Part shown: positions 1 through 14,700 of the stretch, piece by piece
Position numbering within the stretch: position 1 is the first letter of the stretch
How the letters are laid out: the number at the start of each line of letters is the position of its first letter
Source: Yuukianura sp. NJ FZ-2021
Lineage: Eukaryota
Assembly (NCBI GenBank): GCA_046563655.1
Contig: CM102290.1
Location: forward strand, 7,378,001 to 7,442,000
Direction: 5' to 3'
Length of the DNA stretch: 64,000 nt
Made by a program: the position numbers and the translations under genes
Notes under the pieces: generated by a model
The model's input: the letters and a program-made list of their open reading frames with translations, nothing else
Database searches by the model: none
Told to the model about the DNA's origin: nothing

Positions 1-37
1 TTTTCTTGATTTAAAGTTGAACTTTGCTAGTGCTTAC

Positions 38-167
38 CTTTGCGTTCCGAGTGAGGACGACGTGTCCTAAATCATTTTGAACTCCGAAGGGGTAGACCAC
101 TTCACTCGTACTCCGCACATTCGGGTCTTTCAAATTTGTTGCGCGGGGTGGAACTCCTGGCTTCATT
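38..167 (-). CDS. Probable coding exon of an unidentified minus-strand gene that continues beyond the left edge of the window
   Basis: Acceptor ttttaatttctag| and donor AAG|gtaagc. Only one frame is open: MKPGVPPRATNLKDPNVRSTSEVVYPFGVQNDLGHVVLTRNAK (ATG at 166-164). GC content is higher than the flanks. The product was not recognised. Confidence 0.6.
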
Positions 168-769
168 CTAGAAATTAAAAATTATTATCAAAAGAATGAA
201 TTAGGAATATTTTGCAAAAGAAAACTAAAAAAATGGGTAATTTTTAGGGCTAGAATGGTTTTGAAACTTTTAGAGTTCAATAGGCTTTTAAATAAGTTAG
301 AACCGTTTCTAAAATATGAGTAGGTTTCATTTATACTTTGTCTACAGTACTTAAGCGCGAGATTATTAATTTGAATGGTTAGATGAAACAGTAATCCTTT
401 GGGTTACAGAGTACTATAAAGAGAAACGAGGTCATTCAAGGCCACCGAAAGTATTAAACTAAAACTTGAGGCTGTGTTAACAGTTTTTTAGGCTTTTAGA
501 TTGTATTGGAGAAAACTCCAAGGGGTTTTTCCACCTCGCTGAACCTAATACGATTTGCGGATAGGTTCTGTACAACAGCAGCACAACTTTTCACCGACCA
601 CTTTCTCCGTAAAATGCTTTTTTTTTAAATAGAACTTGAAAATAAAAACCCGCGGAAGTCTAACGGTTTTTCAAAAATAAAATTTAACGTACAAATCGCA
701 ATGACTCAATAGAGCAAAAATATTTAAAATTCTAATAAATTGTTTCCGTTTAACTAATTGTGAACTTAC

Positions 770-813
770 TCTTCCACGCAACCACTAGACAGGCAGTTTC
801 TAGGTACTTTCCT
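770..813 (-). CDS. Candidate 44-nt exon (coding or 5'UTR) of the same minus-strand gene
   Basis: Acceptor ttttttcttag| and donor GA|gtaagt. It reads RKVPRNCLSSGCVE+GA, which joins the 38-167 exon in frame (GA+A = Glu, then ATG). Confidence 0.4.
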
Positions 814-2237
814 CTAAGAAAAAAAACTTTCGCTTTGGTACAGTTCCAAAAACTTTGGCTCGTTTTCCTATTTGAAAGCCCTCGTTGCAAAAAAAAGAAC
901 TTGCAGTTGAGGGAAATGCAGATGGTGAGAGTCTAGCAAGGTGATTTGTGTAAGTTCCCTTTCTAAATGTGGCTCGCGTTTTCTCGAAAATACTTATTTC
1001 GAGGATTTACATCAGAGACTACTTGGTAACTACAGTTTAATGGGCACAGGACTTGTATAGGACAGTACCCTCTACTAAATTAATCTCTCTCTCCATCCAA
1101 ACAACAATTCAATTCCTAACAAAAAATTGTTCACAAAGTTTCAAAAGTCACGTTCAAAAATGTGAAACATTGTCCTAAAATGAACTTGTAAAACCATTCG
1201 ACCAATCGAAAGAGAAAAACATAAACTTCTGTGAACAAAAATAAAAATTGTGTATTATTTCTGCTTTAGTGTATATTAACTTTTAAAAAAATCAACTTTT
1301 AGTTCAAAATTAATTCGTTCCAAAACACATTCTAAAAGAAATTGGAAAAATTGTTAATTTGGGTACTTCATTGTTGTTTATGGCCTCATTTCGTCGTACA
1401 CAGGCTTTGAAATTGCTTTCTAATAAAAATTTTGAACAAGCAAAACGGAATGGTTAAGAACGCCTTTTGAGGAAGTTGGCGGAGGGAACAAGGAAATGGA
1501 AAGTGCTAAAATACTAAAAGTTTAAAACTCGAAGAAGATGAGAACTATGCATGCATGACTCTCTGCTTTTCCCTTCGTTTTGAACTTAAAAAGTCGACGG
1601 AAACAAAAGTTTAGAAGCGACGAATAAGGCCTAGCGGAAGCAACTTCATTTTCACGTCAACTTTGTAATCGACGACTTTAATTTTACCCAGCACAAAAGG
1701 CGAGAGAAACGCTCAGGAAAACAGGAAAGAGAGAAAGCCGTTAATAGTAAGGATAGAGAGCCACTCCTCCTTTCCTCAGCACATAACCTAACCAGAATCA
1801 GGAAAGTTTCTAACTAGGAGAAGAAAAGGGCCTCCCTCTCCTTGTTTAGAAGACCCCATTTCATCTTTCTCTGGAAACGACTAGGACCAGAGAACCCTTA
1901 ATCCATTCGAGCAACAAATATTATTAACAGGAAACTTACGATTAAGTTTTAGAAGACATATTTTCAAGGGGCAAGAAATGCGTTTTTTCTTTCTCCAGTC
2001 TTCATAATAAGCAAATGACACGCCCTTTCCTCTAAACACGTCTCTTCTTTCTACAAACTAGAGTTAAAAAAGTTTGGATCAATACTTTACTTTTTAGAAA
2101 CAAAAAGAGTAAAAAAGCATCCTTAAAAGTTCTCAAAGCAAAAAAAAAGTCTGTCTCCGCGCCTCAAGCACAATTACGACGCCTATTGTTTTGTCATTTC
2201 TTTCGAAAAGGATTTGAATTCAGTACGCGTCAAATTC

Positions 2238-2737
2238 GGTTCCACGTCAGAAGAGCTAAACCAAAAAAAAAGCTGCTCCAATAAGGCCCACTCAATAAGA
2301 GCTAACAAAAATAAGGGCTACTCCCATAACAGCTACTTTCAATAAGGGCTGGTGTAATTAGTGCAAAGTCAGTGTTATATCCTCGCTTTTTAACACGTCC
2401 AACAACCCTAAACTAATCGTTTTTAGAAAATATTATCATAAGAAATATCAAGACACAATCCTAATATGCATAAGGGCATCAAAGATGCCCGAAGGCTTTG
2501 GTATTGAAATCACGAATCACTATTGTCAATTAAATAACCTAACGCCGCCCCTTCGGCTAGTTGAAATAACATGGAATCCACTTTAGTTTAAAGTAGCTCT
2601 TATTGGAAGTAGCCCTTGTTGAAAGTAGCCCTTATTGAAATTAGCTCTTTTTGGATTAGCCTTTATTTTTTTTAGCTCTTCTTCACTAGCCCTTATTTGA
2701 GTAACTCGTTTTGGTTTAGTCTTTAAGACCTGCTACG
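2238..2737. mobile_element. Non-autonomous Mutator/foldback-like DNA transposon (500 bp)
   Basis: Perfect 9-bp TSD GTCAAATTC at 2229-2237 and 2738-2746. Imperfect ~29-bp terminal inverted repeats end in CTAAACCAAAA / TTTTGGTTTAG. Subterminal arrays of a ~16-bp unit (AATAAGGGCTA...) are inverted between the left and right arms. Confidence 0.8.
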
Positions 2738-5700
2738 GTCAAATTCAGATCCCATTTTACTTTAAAAGTGGGGAGGAGAAAGACGGAGGAAGAATAAGAA
2801 CACAAAACGCAAAAATTTCAAAGACAAAAAAGCAAATTCCACTTTTCCGATTTTGTAATACACGCATGTATCCGTCGTTTCGATGGCAGTGCTTTTATTT
2901 TTTAGCTAAATTGAAACTGGACGAGGTAGGTTAAATTACAACTGAAAATATTGGATATAAATTACGACGAGGATTTTTTTTGAATTCCAAAGAACAATTT
3001 GTGACACTTCCGAGGTTGACTCAGGACTGGAACGAAGTAAAAAGCGAGTTAAAGCAGAGGGACTTAAATGGAAAAGGCGTGAGACTTTACACTGATGAAT
3101 GAGCATAAAGGAAAGAGAGAACAATGGATCTTAAAGTGAATCCAACCACTTTCTCCACAGAGTTCCTTTTGTAATCAAGGCGTTCCCTTCTCAAACTGTG
3201 ACTTCATTTCTAATTACACAGCGACCCCTTGGCAGGCCTTTGTTTCTCAAAATCAGACACCGAAGAATAGGGGTTATATCTTTCCTCTACCAACACAAAA
3301 GGTGACGACCAAGGGAGCTAAATTAGCCCTTAAACTCAATTTCACAGCACTTGAAACATTTCCTGATTCAATTATGGAACTTATGATGCCACGCGGCGAA
3401 GCCTACTTCCTTCCTTTTCCTCTGAACAACTAAAGAACTCATATAAAACAAACCCTCTTTTCGGGTTTGCTCAAAGAAAAAACTGAAATTGGATCAAATT
3501 TAGTAAAAAACAAAACGAACAACAGAAAGAAGTGGAATTGGTTAGGCTTATATATTGTGTCTAAATGCTCTCTGTGGTCGGAGGGAAGTCAATTTTCAAT
3601 GTTTGTAAATCTAAACACACTTTGGAAAATTAAGCAAAAGAAAAGGGAACGAAGGCTTCATTAAAATGATGTTACGCTTCTCCAGAGGAATATTATTTAG
3701 GCGTAGTCGGGGGTTGTGGAGTGCTGCGGTAACGGAGAATCCCATTGAAGTGGATAATTTGGTGTTTGAAGTTTCCGCTTAAACCTCCAAAAACTAGAAA
3801 GTTGGAGAAAGGAGGAGGCTAAAACCAGCGTTGGCGTACCTCATAACTATAGGGTACTCTCCAAAACTTTTTTTTCGTAACACTTTGGTTTATGAATTAT
3901 ATAGACTGACTTCCATTCCATTTACAACAAGCCACAGAGTACAAAAATTCACCTGAACTTCCCAACTGCTCCTTAAGCTAAGGCCGTACAAATAAACTGC
4001 GTCTAGACCAACACAGCTCCTTACATAACGTACGAGTAAAGAAGACAAACTTCGTTTTTCTTTTTTTCAGACTTTCTTTCTCCTTATTTCCAAAAGTTTT
4101 GAGCATCTTTCAAACACTCTTTCCCTTCTAAAAATTTCCCTCGTGCATCTCTAACTTTTTCCATTTTCACAACTTAAGATGTGTGAGCTTTATTTTAATA
4201 TATTTGGCAGCACAAAGCAACCCAAAAGTTCTTTAACCTTCCTTCCTCCACATGGAAACACATGGTTGACACAGGAAGTAAAATGCTCTCTCCTAGCTAA
4301 GCCTCAGCAATAGCAAAATGCACAACTCTCCAGTCAGGAACTAATTACGTTTTCCTGGAAGCCCAGCCGAGTCTAACACAATTTTTGTTCTCAACACCAT
4401 GAGTCTGCTGGACCTGAATAAGTGTAAGGTAGTTGCATTATGACAAAAGTCTGCCTTATTTTCCTTCACTCCCGTCGTTCACTTCCATACAATACACACC
4501 ATAATGCATTTGGCACACAGAAGAGCAATAAAAGTGGAAGCTCAAGAGACCTCCACATGCACAATGCAGTTGTGAAAATGTTTTTGGGCAATGGATCATG
4601 CGACAATAGAACAATGGAAGCCATTGTATTCACCCTCTTATTTCTCTAGGCTACATAATCTAACCTAACCATAACAAGCGTCCAGATTTGTCCAGTGTTG
4701 AGGTCGAGTGAGGTCAGAGCAAACAGGGCACATACTAAGGATTTTGCTTTATACAAAAACTAATCTAGCCGAAGATGAATGGAGGTAGACAAAACCCTAC
4801 TCAATTTTGCAGAAATATTAATAATTAAGAAGGACTTTCAATATTTAAAATCATCCTTCATTGTGTTAAATTCAATTCAAGTTGGGCCCATTACGAAAAT
4901 TTCCCATAGGAAAGGTCTTACTTCACTTCAACTTTGACATGGACTTTTTTTCCTCCCTTCAGCCTTTGGTTGAATAAGTAATTGAACCAGAGGACTTCGA
5001 AGAACCACCACGCGCCCACATTCAATAACTGTACACGTCCAAATGATTTCTTGTCAAAGAAAACCATTTCCGAAAACAATTTCAAAAACAAACACAACGA
5101 AAAAAACGTCTCTGCTTGACATGAATTATTTTTTATTTGAAAGAAAGGCCTTACTTTTATAAAGGAACTGATGGATTGGGCTGTAGACTCAATTTATTGA
5201 TTTTTGTTTGTTCCAATTTTGCCCAAATTTTGATTTTTTGTCTAAAGTTTGATTTCTGGCGAAATTTATTACTTTTTGCCTAAACTGAGCTCCCTCTTCG
5301 TCTTTTCTCAATAAGAATGGAAGTGAGCAAGTGATCAAGTTGTCAAAACCAGTTTGGGACTTTGGAAAAGTTTGAGCATTATGCAGGGAAGTTTTTGGTG
5401 AAAGGACCGAAGCGTCCTGGAGGCACTACCTGTCGACAACTTGAATTCTGCTCATAACCACAGGATGAATTTATTATATTTTATGCCCATCCAACAAACA
5501 TATTAGACTTCCAAAGTCTCTCCTACGCTTCTCCTCATCTCTTTCATGCTAATTTTAGGCTAAAGTGAAAGCATCAAGGACACACTAAAAACCCCTCCAG
5601 GAATCTTCGTCATGCCTTGATGTTACGCCACTGCACGACAACGAGAGACTCAAGTTTGGGAAGAACAGATTGGGTGACTTCAACTTTAGTTTCAATGAAG

Positions 5701-8700
5701 AAGCTCTCCTCTCCTGTATTAGATTTGAATTTGTCTTTTGTAATATTGTTGATGACAAACTTTTGAAAGGTTTTCAGAACTCATCTTCCTTTCTCGCACG
5801 TCTCTTCCAAAAGCTTTTCCTTTCAAATGATTTCTCCAAAACTTATTTAGAAACGGAAGGGAACCTTTCCAACCAGAAAATTGTTACGTCCAATTCCATA
5901 GAACTTCGCTTTTCAATTTGACAGCGGAAACAAAAGACAACAGAATTCCAATTTAAAAAACAATCATCAACATTTTCTTGCTTCCCACTTTCTTCTGAAC
6001 CTAACAAAATCTACAGAAACCCTTCACTCAACAAAACTGCGAGAACAATACTAGAAAAAGACAGAAAGTCCTCAAAAAATTCAAACCTTAAAACAATTAT
6101 TTTTGTTTCAAATTTTCCATTGTTGTATAACAAAAACTTCTACGTTTTAGAGCGCTTTTTTTTTTCCAAAAATGACGCTTGAAGCGTTAGAAAAGCCACA
6201 TGTTTTGGACATGTTCCAGAGCCTCTAGGAAGGATCCCTGATCATGATGAGATGCCTCAAGTGTCAAGTAATGGGAAAAGACAATTTCATCCTAAGCATA
6301 TTGAGGTTGGAAGTTCCTGTGCTGGATAAGGACTTCCCTTTTAGACTGTTCCCGAAGGCACAGGCGTACTTTATGACACTGGGTCTCCAACTCAGGTGGG
6401 AATTTTGAAATCCAAAGGGAGTGATTTGAGTAAAGAGCACTTTCACGTTTCACGTTGAAGGTAAAGTGAGAGTGGAGTTTTCACTTCGTCTTCTGTGCGT
6501 TCCAAACTTTTCACTTACTAAATATTTCTCATTTGCTTTCTACTGAATCCAAACCCACTTTAAACATTGGAAGGTGTAATTGAGGGAACACTAAAAGTAA
6601 AATGTTTATGAAATTACACTCCCTCCACCTAACTCCAAGTGTCGTCTGAATCTTTCCGCTGTCTAAGCTTTGCAAAGTAAACAGAATGTGAAAGTTGACC
6701 TTCTTTGAAAATGGGCTAATTGAATTGACGACAGCGTGAATTGGAAGAAAGGAGAGCTTTGAATTATTCCAATAAGAAGTTGGTTGTTTTAGTTTGGCTG
6801 CAGAAGTAGAACTTACTAATATTTTCATCCGTAGTTACACATTTTCTCAGTTGCTAAGAGATAACGTAACTTCGCAGCTCGAAAAAGGAAAGCTAAATAA
6901 AGGAGAGCTGGAAAAGCCTAGAATCTTGTTCATTTCTTGGAAATTGTTTACACAAAGGCGTGACTTTGACTAGAGAGGCTCTTCTACGGTCACTATTTTC
7001 AGAATTCATGCCTAATCAGTTGCTTCGGAATTACTGATAGGAGTTGTATCATTTTCTTGGGATTGTCACAAAATCATTCTTTATTCAATTGCTTTCACGT
7101 CTTTGCTTTCTCTTTTTCGTGGTACACTCCCTGGCCTCATTTTGTCCTTTTCCAGCAAAGACTGAAACAAAGTCCTTTAATGGTTTGCGCTTTGTGCCTA
7201 CCATTGTCACTAGTTCGTCTCTGACGAGTCACACCAAAAAAAATCATAGTCTTTGCCCACTTTTAGCAGGGTCCCAGATGTTACACGTCGTACAAATTAT
7301 AAAGAGACACAAAAGTGTAGAACTTGGTTCCAATTTGGCTCGGTGTCTAGCAAAACTCAACTTTTTTTAACAGTTTCTCTCAAGCATTTTTAGTGAGATC
7401 TCAACAAATGAAAGTTTCAAGTCATTCACACTTTTTACAAACAAAAACCTATACAGAGTTCAATTTTCATCAAAAACAAACGCTGCCCTTCGTTTGTCAC
7501 AAAATTCAAAAACTCCTCAGGTTGAGCTTTTTTAATCAAGCGCTAAAAGTGTAACGTTATCCTTAGTGATAACTCTACGTGTAAATTCAAACTCGTCAAA
7601 ATGAAATTAAGGAAAACAAACGAGGAATACGGAGGTCATGCAATGCAAGCCCGCGTTCGTATAACGCCCTTTTTCCTTCAATACAGTTAGAATTTAGACG
7701 CTTTTTTGGTTCATGTAATGGGAAAACATGGTGATCGTGAGTAATGGGAAGGCGGGAAAGAAGAGAAAACAAGAAACAGTTCGTCCATATCCTTCCTTCC
7801 CGTCGTGTTACTGTTGTTGTCAAGATTACGCGGTTGGTTTCAATGAGGATTGCATGTGCCGCCTCGATTACATTATACATTAATGCTGAGAAACCACAAG
7901 AAAGGAGACTTACACCACAAAACCCTGTGCCATTGTCCTCTGACTTCTATATTCCTTTGCCATCCGAGCTTCCATTAAACCTTATCCCATTCTCCTTCCC
8001 TAACGGTAAATTTAGTATAGCGTAGAGTATGGACCTTACAGTGGGCTTACTCAACATTAAACGAAAATGCATTCCAAGGACAATGGGAACATCTTCGGGA
8101 AAAGTCTTTAATTTCTGGTATACTGTAGTTGCCTAGCAACCTAACCGTCGTCGCTTGTGAAAGTTATATGAATTATATGAAGTAAAAGTGGGTTATCTTG
8201 ATCTCAAAGGAAATAAGGATTGGATCCTTTGAAATGGAAGTTAGTAATAAATTAAGTTGCATTGTAATCACATCGTATCGTCACATAAGATTCTGCTTTC
8301 TCCTAAATTCTGTAAGGTTTGAAACTAGCATGGGGCATACACTACTGTCTCAATATCGAGTGACAAATGCACCTATTTCGTGTTCGGAATCAACAAGGCA
8401 TTTTTGGCCAACTTTTTTTTTTGAAAAATTCAAGATGGGAACAGTTCAACAGGAAAAAAAAGTAAAGGAGCGAACGGCTTTCTTTTGGTTGTCAGGTATT
8501 GAGTCAAGCCAAGCAAAGAAAAAAATCGGTAACGCAATCTCCAGCAGCACATACACGACTTTTCTGGAATTCACAACGACTCGCCTAAGCTTTCACCAAC
8601 TTCAAATTTTCATGATTTTGACACCCGTGAAAGAGACCAGGAGGCTCACCTGGAACCTCAGCAGTGTAAAAATCTAATTTAAACCGAGAAAAACGTTGGC

Positions 8701-11700
8701 AAATTACATCACAAAAACTGTAACATCTTTATATAATTTCTTTTTGTCACAAAAAAAGCTTTTGCAATAATTCTTGGTTGAAACGTGTGCTGCAGTCAGT
8801 GTTCCGTAGTACTTTAAAGCAAATCCTTTTTTTTTAAGCAAAAGCACCAAACATCGGTCTTCTGCTTGCTGTTTTTGATTTTCTGCTGTTTTAGAAGGTG
8901 CAAATTAATTTGCCTCTTACGATAAATAAGAGCTATTTGAAGGTAAGACTATCAATGTTAGCATTGCATAACTTAATTTACATTTACAGCAAAAAGTAAA
9001 GTAATTGACTTTAAAAAAGCGCTTTTTAGGGAACACTGGCTGGAGTAAACTTGCATTTTTCGTTTTAGTAATTCATCCTTTTGCAAACAATTTGTGACTG
9101 TTTTAGACGAAAAAACCTGATTATACGTTGCTTAGTTTCTGGAAACCTTGCTAACCTTAGACACTATGTTGGACAGAAATGCTTGAAATTACAAGGAAGT
9201 TTCGACGTTCCAAGAGCAAGCTTTTTGGTACATGCATTAATTATGGTGGCAGATGCTTCCTCCAACCTGACAGACACTCACACACACACCTTAGTCTTAT
9301 CGACTTTAGAATCTAGCTTGCCAACGGAGTCTGCCTAAACCAAAATGGACGTAGAGATGTTACGAGACAGCAAAAGAATCACAAAATGGAAGACAGACAT
9401 TATCAATCTAGTCCAGGATCCGGAATTTTCAACTATTCTACCAAACCGAAATGTTTTGCGGCATGTAGGGAGCTATTTTTCATGAAAAAAAAGTTAGGTG
9501 TCTGTCAGAACTTGACTTTGAATTTGGTCTGTTTTGTGGGTAAGCTCAAATTGGCTACGCCAGGCAGTATGGCAGTGTAATACAAGTGAAAGCATTAACC
9601 TCAATAGTGTGGATGCAAGACTTTAGCAGGGAATGAAAAGTAGCGAGTTCAAGCTGGTTGAAGTTGATGACAATAAAAAATCCTTTGCTCGAAGGAGAGC
9701 AGAGGTGAAAGTGGCGCTCATACGTGCGGATAAATTAAAATCCCAACATCAAAGACCGCCAGATTTTGGATCAACGAAAGTTAATTAATTTAAAAGTCAC
9801 AAGTTGTTGCAATACTTGCTTGAATTTCCTAACACTTATGTTCAAATACGAATTACTAGGAAATCGCCATCATAAACAATACTATTTAAAAATTTCCCTT
9901 GGAACTCGCTAGCGGTTGATCAAAACTTTTTCTGAGCAAAACTACTGCCGAGCCGCAACAAGATTACAGACTCTAGAAATTAAAATCTACTGTGAAATTT
10001 AAATTTGATTCGATAGTGAATCAAATTGGGAACGTCGTCGTTTTTTTTTCAAAACTTAGCACCCCATTTGCAACTTCCTTCTAATTCCCTTTGCTGATTC
10101 TCAATGTAAACGGCAAAAGAAGTGTCTTGAGATTACATCAAGTGTGACAGTTTATTTTAATTTACAAAACACAAAAGGCGTCAGTTCCGCCTCTCTTTTC
10201 ACTTTTTCTTTGCATAAATCTCTAGAGAAGGTTAATTTCACAGATTTAAAAAAAAAAGTCTAGATACTTCAGAAGGAAGTCTAATTAAACTTTGGCACGA
10301 GATGAAGTGACGCTTTCCCAAAAGCAGAAAATTTCGCGCGCTAATTTCGTTTCATACCGAGGTTTCAACAACAGATGCCTTCTTCGAAATAGAAAAAAAA
10401 AACAATGTTTTTGAAAATTGTACTTTTTTCTAGCAAAACGTATTTTTTTTACGTTGGCAAAAGTCGAAACTGTGAAACTGATGATGATATCGGAAGAAGA
10501 TGAGAAACTAAATGTTGGTTTAGGGAGGATTCGCAGCACCTAGGTTACCTCATATATCATTTTGGTTTTGAAGGATAATGGGGAGAAGGCCAAAAACAAG
10601 ACGGCAAAGGAAATGAAATTAGAAAGAACCAGATTCAATGCAATTGAGTAGGGTATGGCACATTTTGGTTACTACAGCACCAGACTTACTACAAAAGAGT
10701 AAATCCAACAGGAAGGCAGATCAGTTTCAATAGTGGGGTCACTTTACAGTTTCCCTGGCTTCCCATTGATTCCAAGCAAGTAGAATAAGTCGACGATTTA
10801 TGTTCTAAATTTGAAAGGATTGAGGAAGCTGAGGTTAGTCTTGGTGGTCACCATTCGCTTGTTGAGCTTTGAGATTCCAAGAATATGTTCAAAGTTAAGC
10901 CAAACACTTTCCATCTTTCAGGAAAAAACCTAAGCAACCTCAGTCATTTCTCTCAGAATTTCTAAAAAGTCTCTCGTTTTCAAAATTGAAAAGATCTTGT
11001 TCGTTAGGATTCGAAAGACTTAGAGTTTGGTTCTAGCTTTAAACTCCAAAATCCCGAACTTTGGAATCTGTTTTCTTAGAAATTGAAATTGGGGATAGAC
11101 AAAGTAGAACAAAACATCCTCATTGGCCTTACGATGTCACGTTCTTTTTCTAGGAAAAGTCAAGGGGAGAAAGTCCATTTGGAAAGAAAGCCTTAGCCTC
11201 ATTTTTCTTTACTTTCCCCACACACGCACACCGTCGTCGTCCAGCCACCGTCGTCTACTGCCGCACTCGTTTAGCCAAGTTAATATTTGATGCTCATCCG
11301 TCCCACTACGGAGCAAATTTTGGAAAAGCTGGAGGATGAAACAGCTCGGAAACACTTTTGAAACATTTACAGGTCCAACAATTTACTGAAGTTCAAAATC
11401 CCCTCTGTACTTTTCACTCTGAGAATCTGTGACACTTTCTCATTACAGAACCAGCAGCAAGCGGACCTTAGGCTCCTCCGACGTCGAATTCTCCTTGTCT
11501 ACTAGAAAATGACTGAAGAACTAATCTCACCATTTTCATCCCCAGCACGCCCAAACAACACAACAACGATCTTCGTCCGCCACGTTGCGAAGTAACTAAT
11601 CCATCATAAAAATTGGCCAAGGAAGAAAAAAAACACGCTGGAAAGTGAATGTTAAAGTTTCATATAAGCAAGTATAAGACTTTCGTCCATAATTTCCCAA

Positions 11701-14700
11701 ATATAGAATTGCGTCTATTCTCGTTTTTTGGAACAGCTAACTTTCCCTTTTAAACTTAATAGAAAAGAAACAGCAAATGTGCAAATGATTCCTAGCGCAG
11801 TTACTACTGCTGCCGTTTCCAAAGTTGTAAACTCGTTAGAACATTTTGAAGTGTTTTCTGGAACAAGCGGCCTGACGAAGGACAGTGGAGCCTAATCTGT
11901 AAACCTAATCCCTCTGTGACACTATACTACCCGTAAGCAGTGGTTGCTGCTGGGTACTTAGCAAGCCTAGCCTAACAAGCTATAACTACAGCCCTTGTTT
12001 TCCGCTACGATTCGAAATCAAGTGCGTTTGTTCTAGAGCCTTAAAACACGTTCAGCTCAACTTACACTTTGGTCTAGTTGTCAGATCGAGGCTCATTTCC
12101 ATTTGAACATTTTGAACAAGCGAAGTGGTTGAAGAGAACACAAGCGAATCCGACAGGGTTTGTAGAACGTTGTTTTAATTTGAGCTCATCCACACTCACG
12201 GGTGGGCCACATCATCTGCAAGAAAGGTTCCCTTACAAAAGCAAATCACGCTGCTCTTTGCTTGGGCTTCAAAAAACTTTTTAATTCCAATTCCACCGGA
12301 TTTTCACAACCTAGCAAGATAACTAACCTAGCAAACAAGTCCATTCAACTTAGGCGCCAAGTTGTAACCCTTGACACGGAAAACCAATAGCAAAAGTAAA
12401 CAACGCGTCCTCTGAAATGTTGCGTAAAAAGGAAAACTTTTTTGCGCATGTGTTTAATGATTTTGGAAAATTATGCTGTTTCGTGTGGCAAAAGCTGAAA
12501 AAAAAATATAGAAAGCCTAAAAAATTGCGCTTTTATAGTATTTTTTTTCGGTTTCGCGTACGTATGTGTGTAAGTAAAGAGGGTTTCTGTTCCTGTCAAA
12601 TACGAAAACATGTACTATAGTGGACTTGTTGAGAAAAGGAAAAAACCGATGCTTTGAAGGTATTCAACTTATTGATAGGCAAGTCTAAACCAGAAGTGAA
12701 CGTTTCACGTCTCTCTTGTCAAAATAAAGTGAAAGTAGTTTGCATCTTGGATTTCGTCCTGTAGTCGCGTTCATAAACCCACAGAGTATAGCATAGCTCT
12801 CGGATTTTTTTTACGTAAAAAAAGTAGTAGAAGGAGTAACAACCCATTTCCCATTACCAACAATTTTTTTTCCTGAGTCCTTTACGTTTTTCAAATCTAG
12901 TCTAACAAGATTTTTTAAAAAAAAAAAACAAATTTCATCCAACTTCATTTCCTGTACAGCGAAAAACGAAAAAGGAATTTCCGCTTAACACTTTTTGCAA
13001 ATGTGTACTTACAAATTCCACTTCGTTTCCTTCAATTTTCATATTTATATACCCCGCGGTAGAATTTCAAATTGGCTTCATAACTTTCTCATTTGTCAAA
13101 AATATCTCTCTCAACATCAAATCAAATTACATAATTCTGGTGCAATTTTACTACCTGCAGTAAAAAAAAAATTACAATTTTCACCACCCAATTAACTTTT
13201 TCCATGTTCAGTTTTTTTAAACTCAACTTGAAAGTTAATCTTACTTTCACTCCAAAGTTGATTTGCAGTGAAATTTGACATCTTAAACTTGGCATTTTGA
13301 GATTATTTGATTAATTTCAAAAGTTGAAACGAAACTTTACCCTTATGTATTATAGTTCACGTGTGCAGGTTAGTTTGGTAACAAAATAATTCCATTATGT
13401 TTTGTATTTAAGTGTCACAGTAGCGAACCCAACCATGTCACAGTTATTTAAGGTTCCAGCAAAACAAAATCCAGTGAAGGAAGTTCTCTCTAGCTGCTAA
13501 ATCCAATTATTTCCAATCACGCCTAATTACTTGGTGGAAAATGAACAAAGCGAAGCTGAGTCGAAGTTCGGAATAAGACAGATTTGACACTCCAAGGCGC
13601 ATTTCCTACTTTCACCTGGCGGAATCTAATTGATGGGAACAATCCCTTAATGAAGTACATAAAGGCCTGAGGCTGTACACTTTTTCTTCGCTTTCTCCGA
13701 CGTAAACCCCCGTAACAACGCAAAAAAAATTCACATTTTTAGTAAACCTCCCCGAAGACCATTAGCAGACAATTAACACCACACCGAGCGCTGTCTGTGT
13801 TCAGTCACATTTTCAGGCAAACCTTTCCTTTTTATGGATCAATAAACAGCGTGCTATCTCTGCCTTTTGGTTATTTGAACCTTACTAAATCCAAATATTT
13901 CTATGTGTATAGTTTTCTCTTGAAGATTCCAAGAGTGTCAAAACATTGGAGTTTTCCACAAAATCTATTCCCAAAGGTATTAAAAGTCTCGACTGCCACT
14001 CAGTCGGAACAGGAGTAGTTGAATTTCTGAAGAAAAAAACAAGTAATTCTGCCTATATATTCCGTTTTCAGAAAATTTGAGAAAAGAAAACAAGCTGAGT
14101 GCAGCATTTTAAATTCGCATCTCAACAAACAAGAAATCAACACGTACTAAGACAAGCTGATCCTTTTTATGACTTTTTTTAGTTTTTGGCCGGTGTAAGG
14201 CTCGCGATAAAACAAAAAGTCAAAATTTTAAATAAAGATTTTAGAAATTTCAAAATTTCAAAGCTTTCTTTCCATCTGCCCAACTGAAAGGTCATTCCTC
14301 CGCAATGTCTAAGCTTAGAATTTCTTATTCTAGTAGCAGAAGGCCATTAGACTCGGTTCACCATATCATCCCGACAACTTTCTCCGGATGTAAACTATGG
14401 CAAAGAACACACAAACAAAGTTTGGCTGTCGCTGTCTTTGAAACAAGGCGACTCATCAATCATGCAGAGGGCTGAAACGTGTCCTTATTGGTTCCATTTG
14501 ACCTGGAACTTCTTTTTTTCATAAGGGAACCTACTTCAACTCTCCTGCAGTTTCCAATGTCCGTCATAGGTTCACTTTCCCTCTTCTCCTATTTTTCTTC
14601 TTCTTCAGCAGCAGAGCGTGAACTCTTAGAACAACGACGATGGAACACGCCCTTCAAATTATTTAGACTCCCGCGCTCACCCTAAAACTTCCAAGGCTCA

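Noticed and set aside
2250..2720. Short regularly spaced repeats resembling a CRISPR array
   Set aside because: The units abut without unique spacers, are inverted between the two arms, and lie within a TSD-bounded transposon in a eukaryotic genome with no cas genes.
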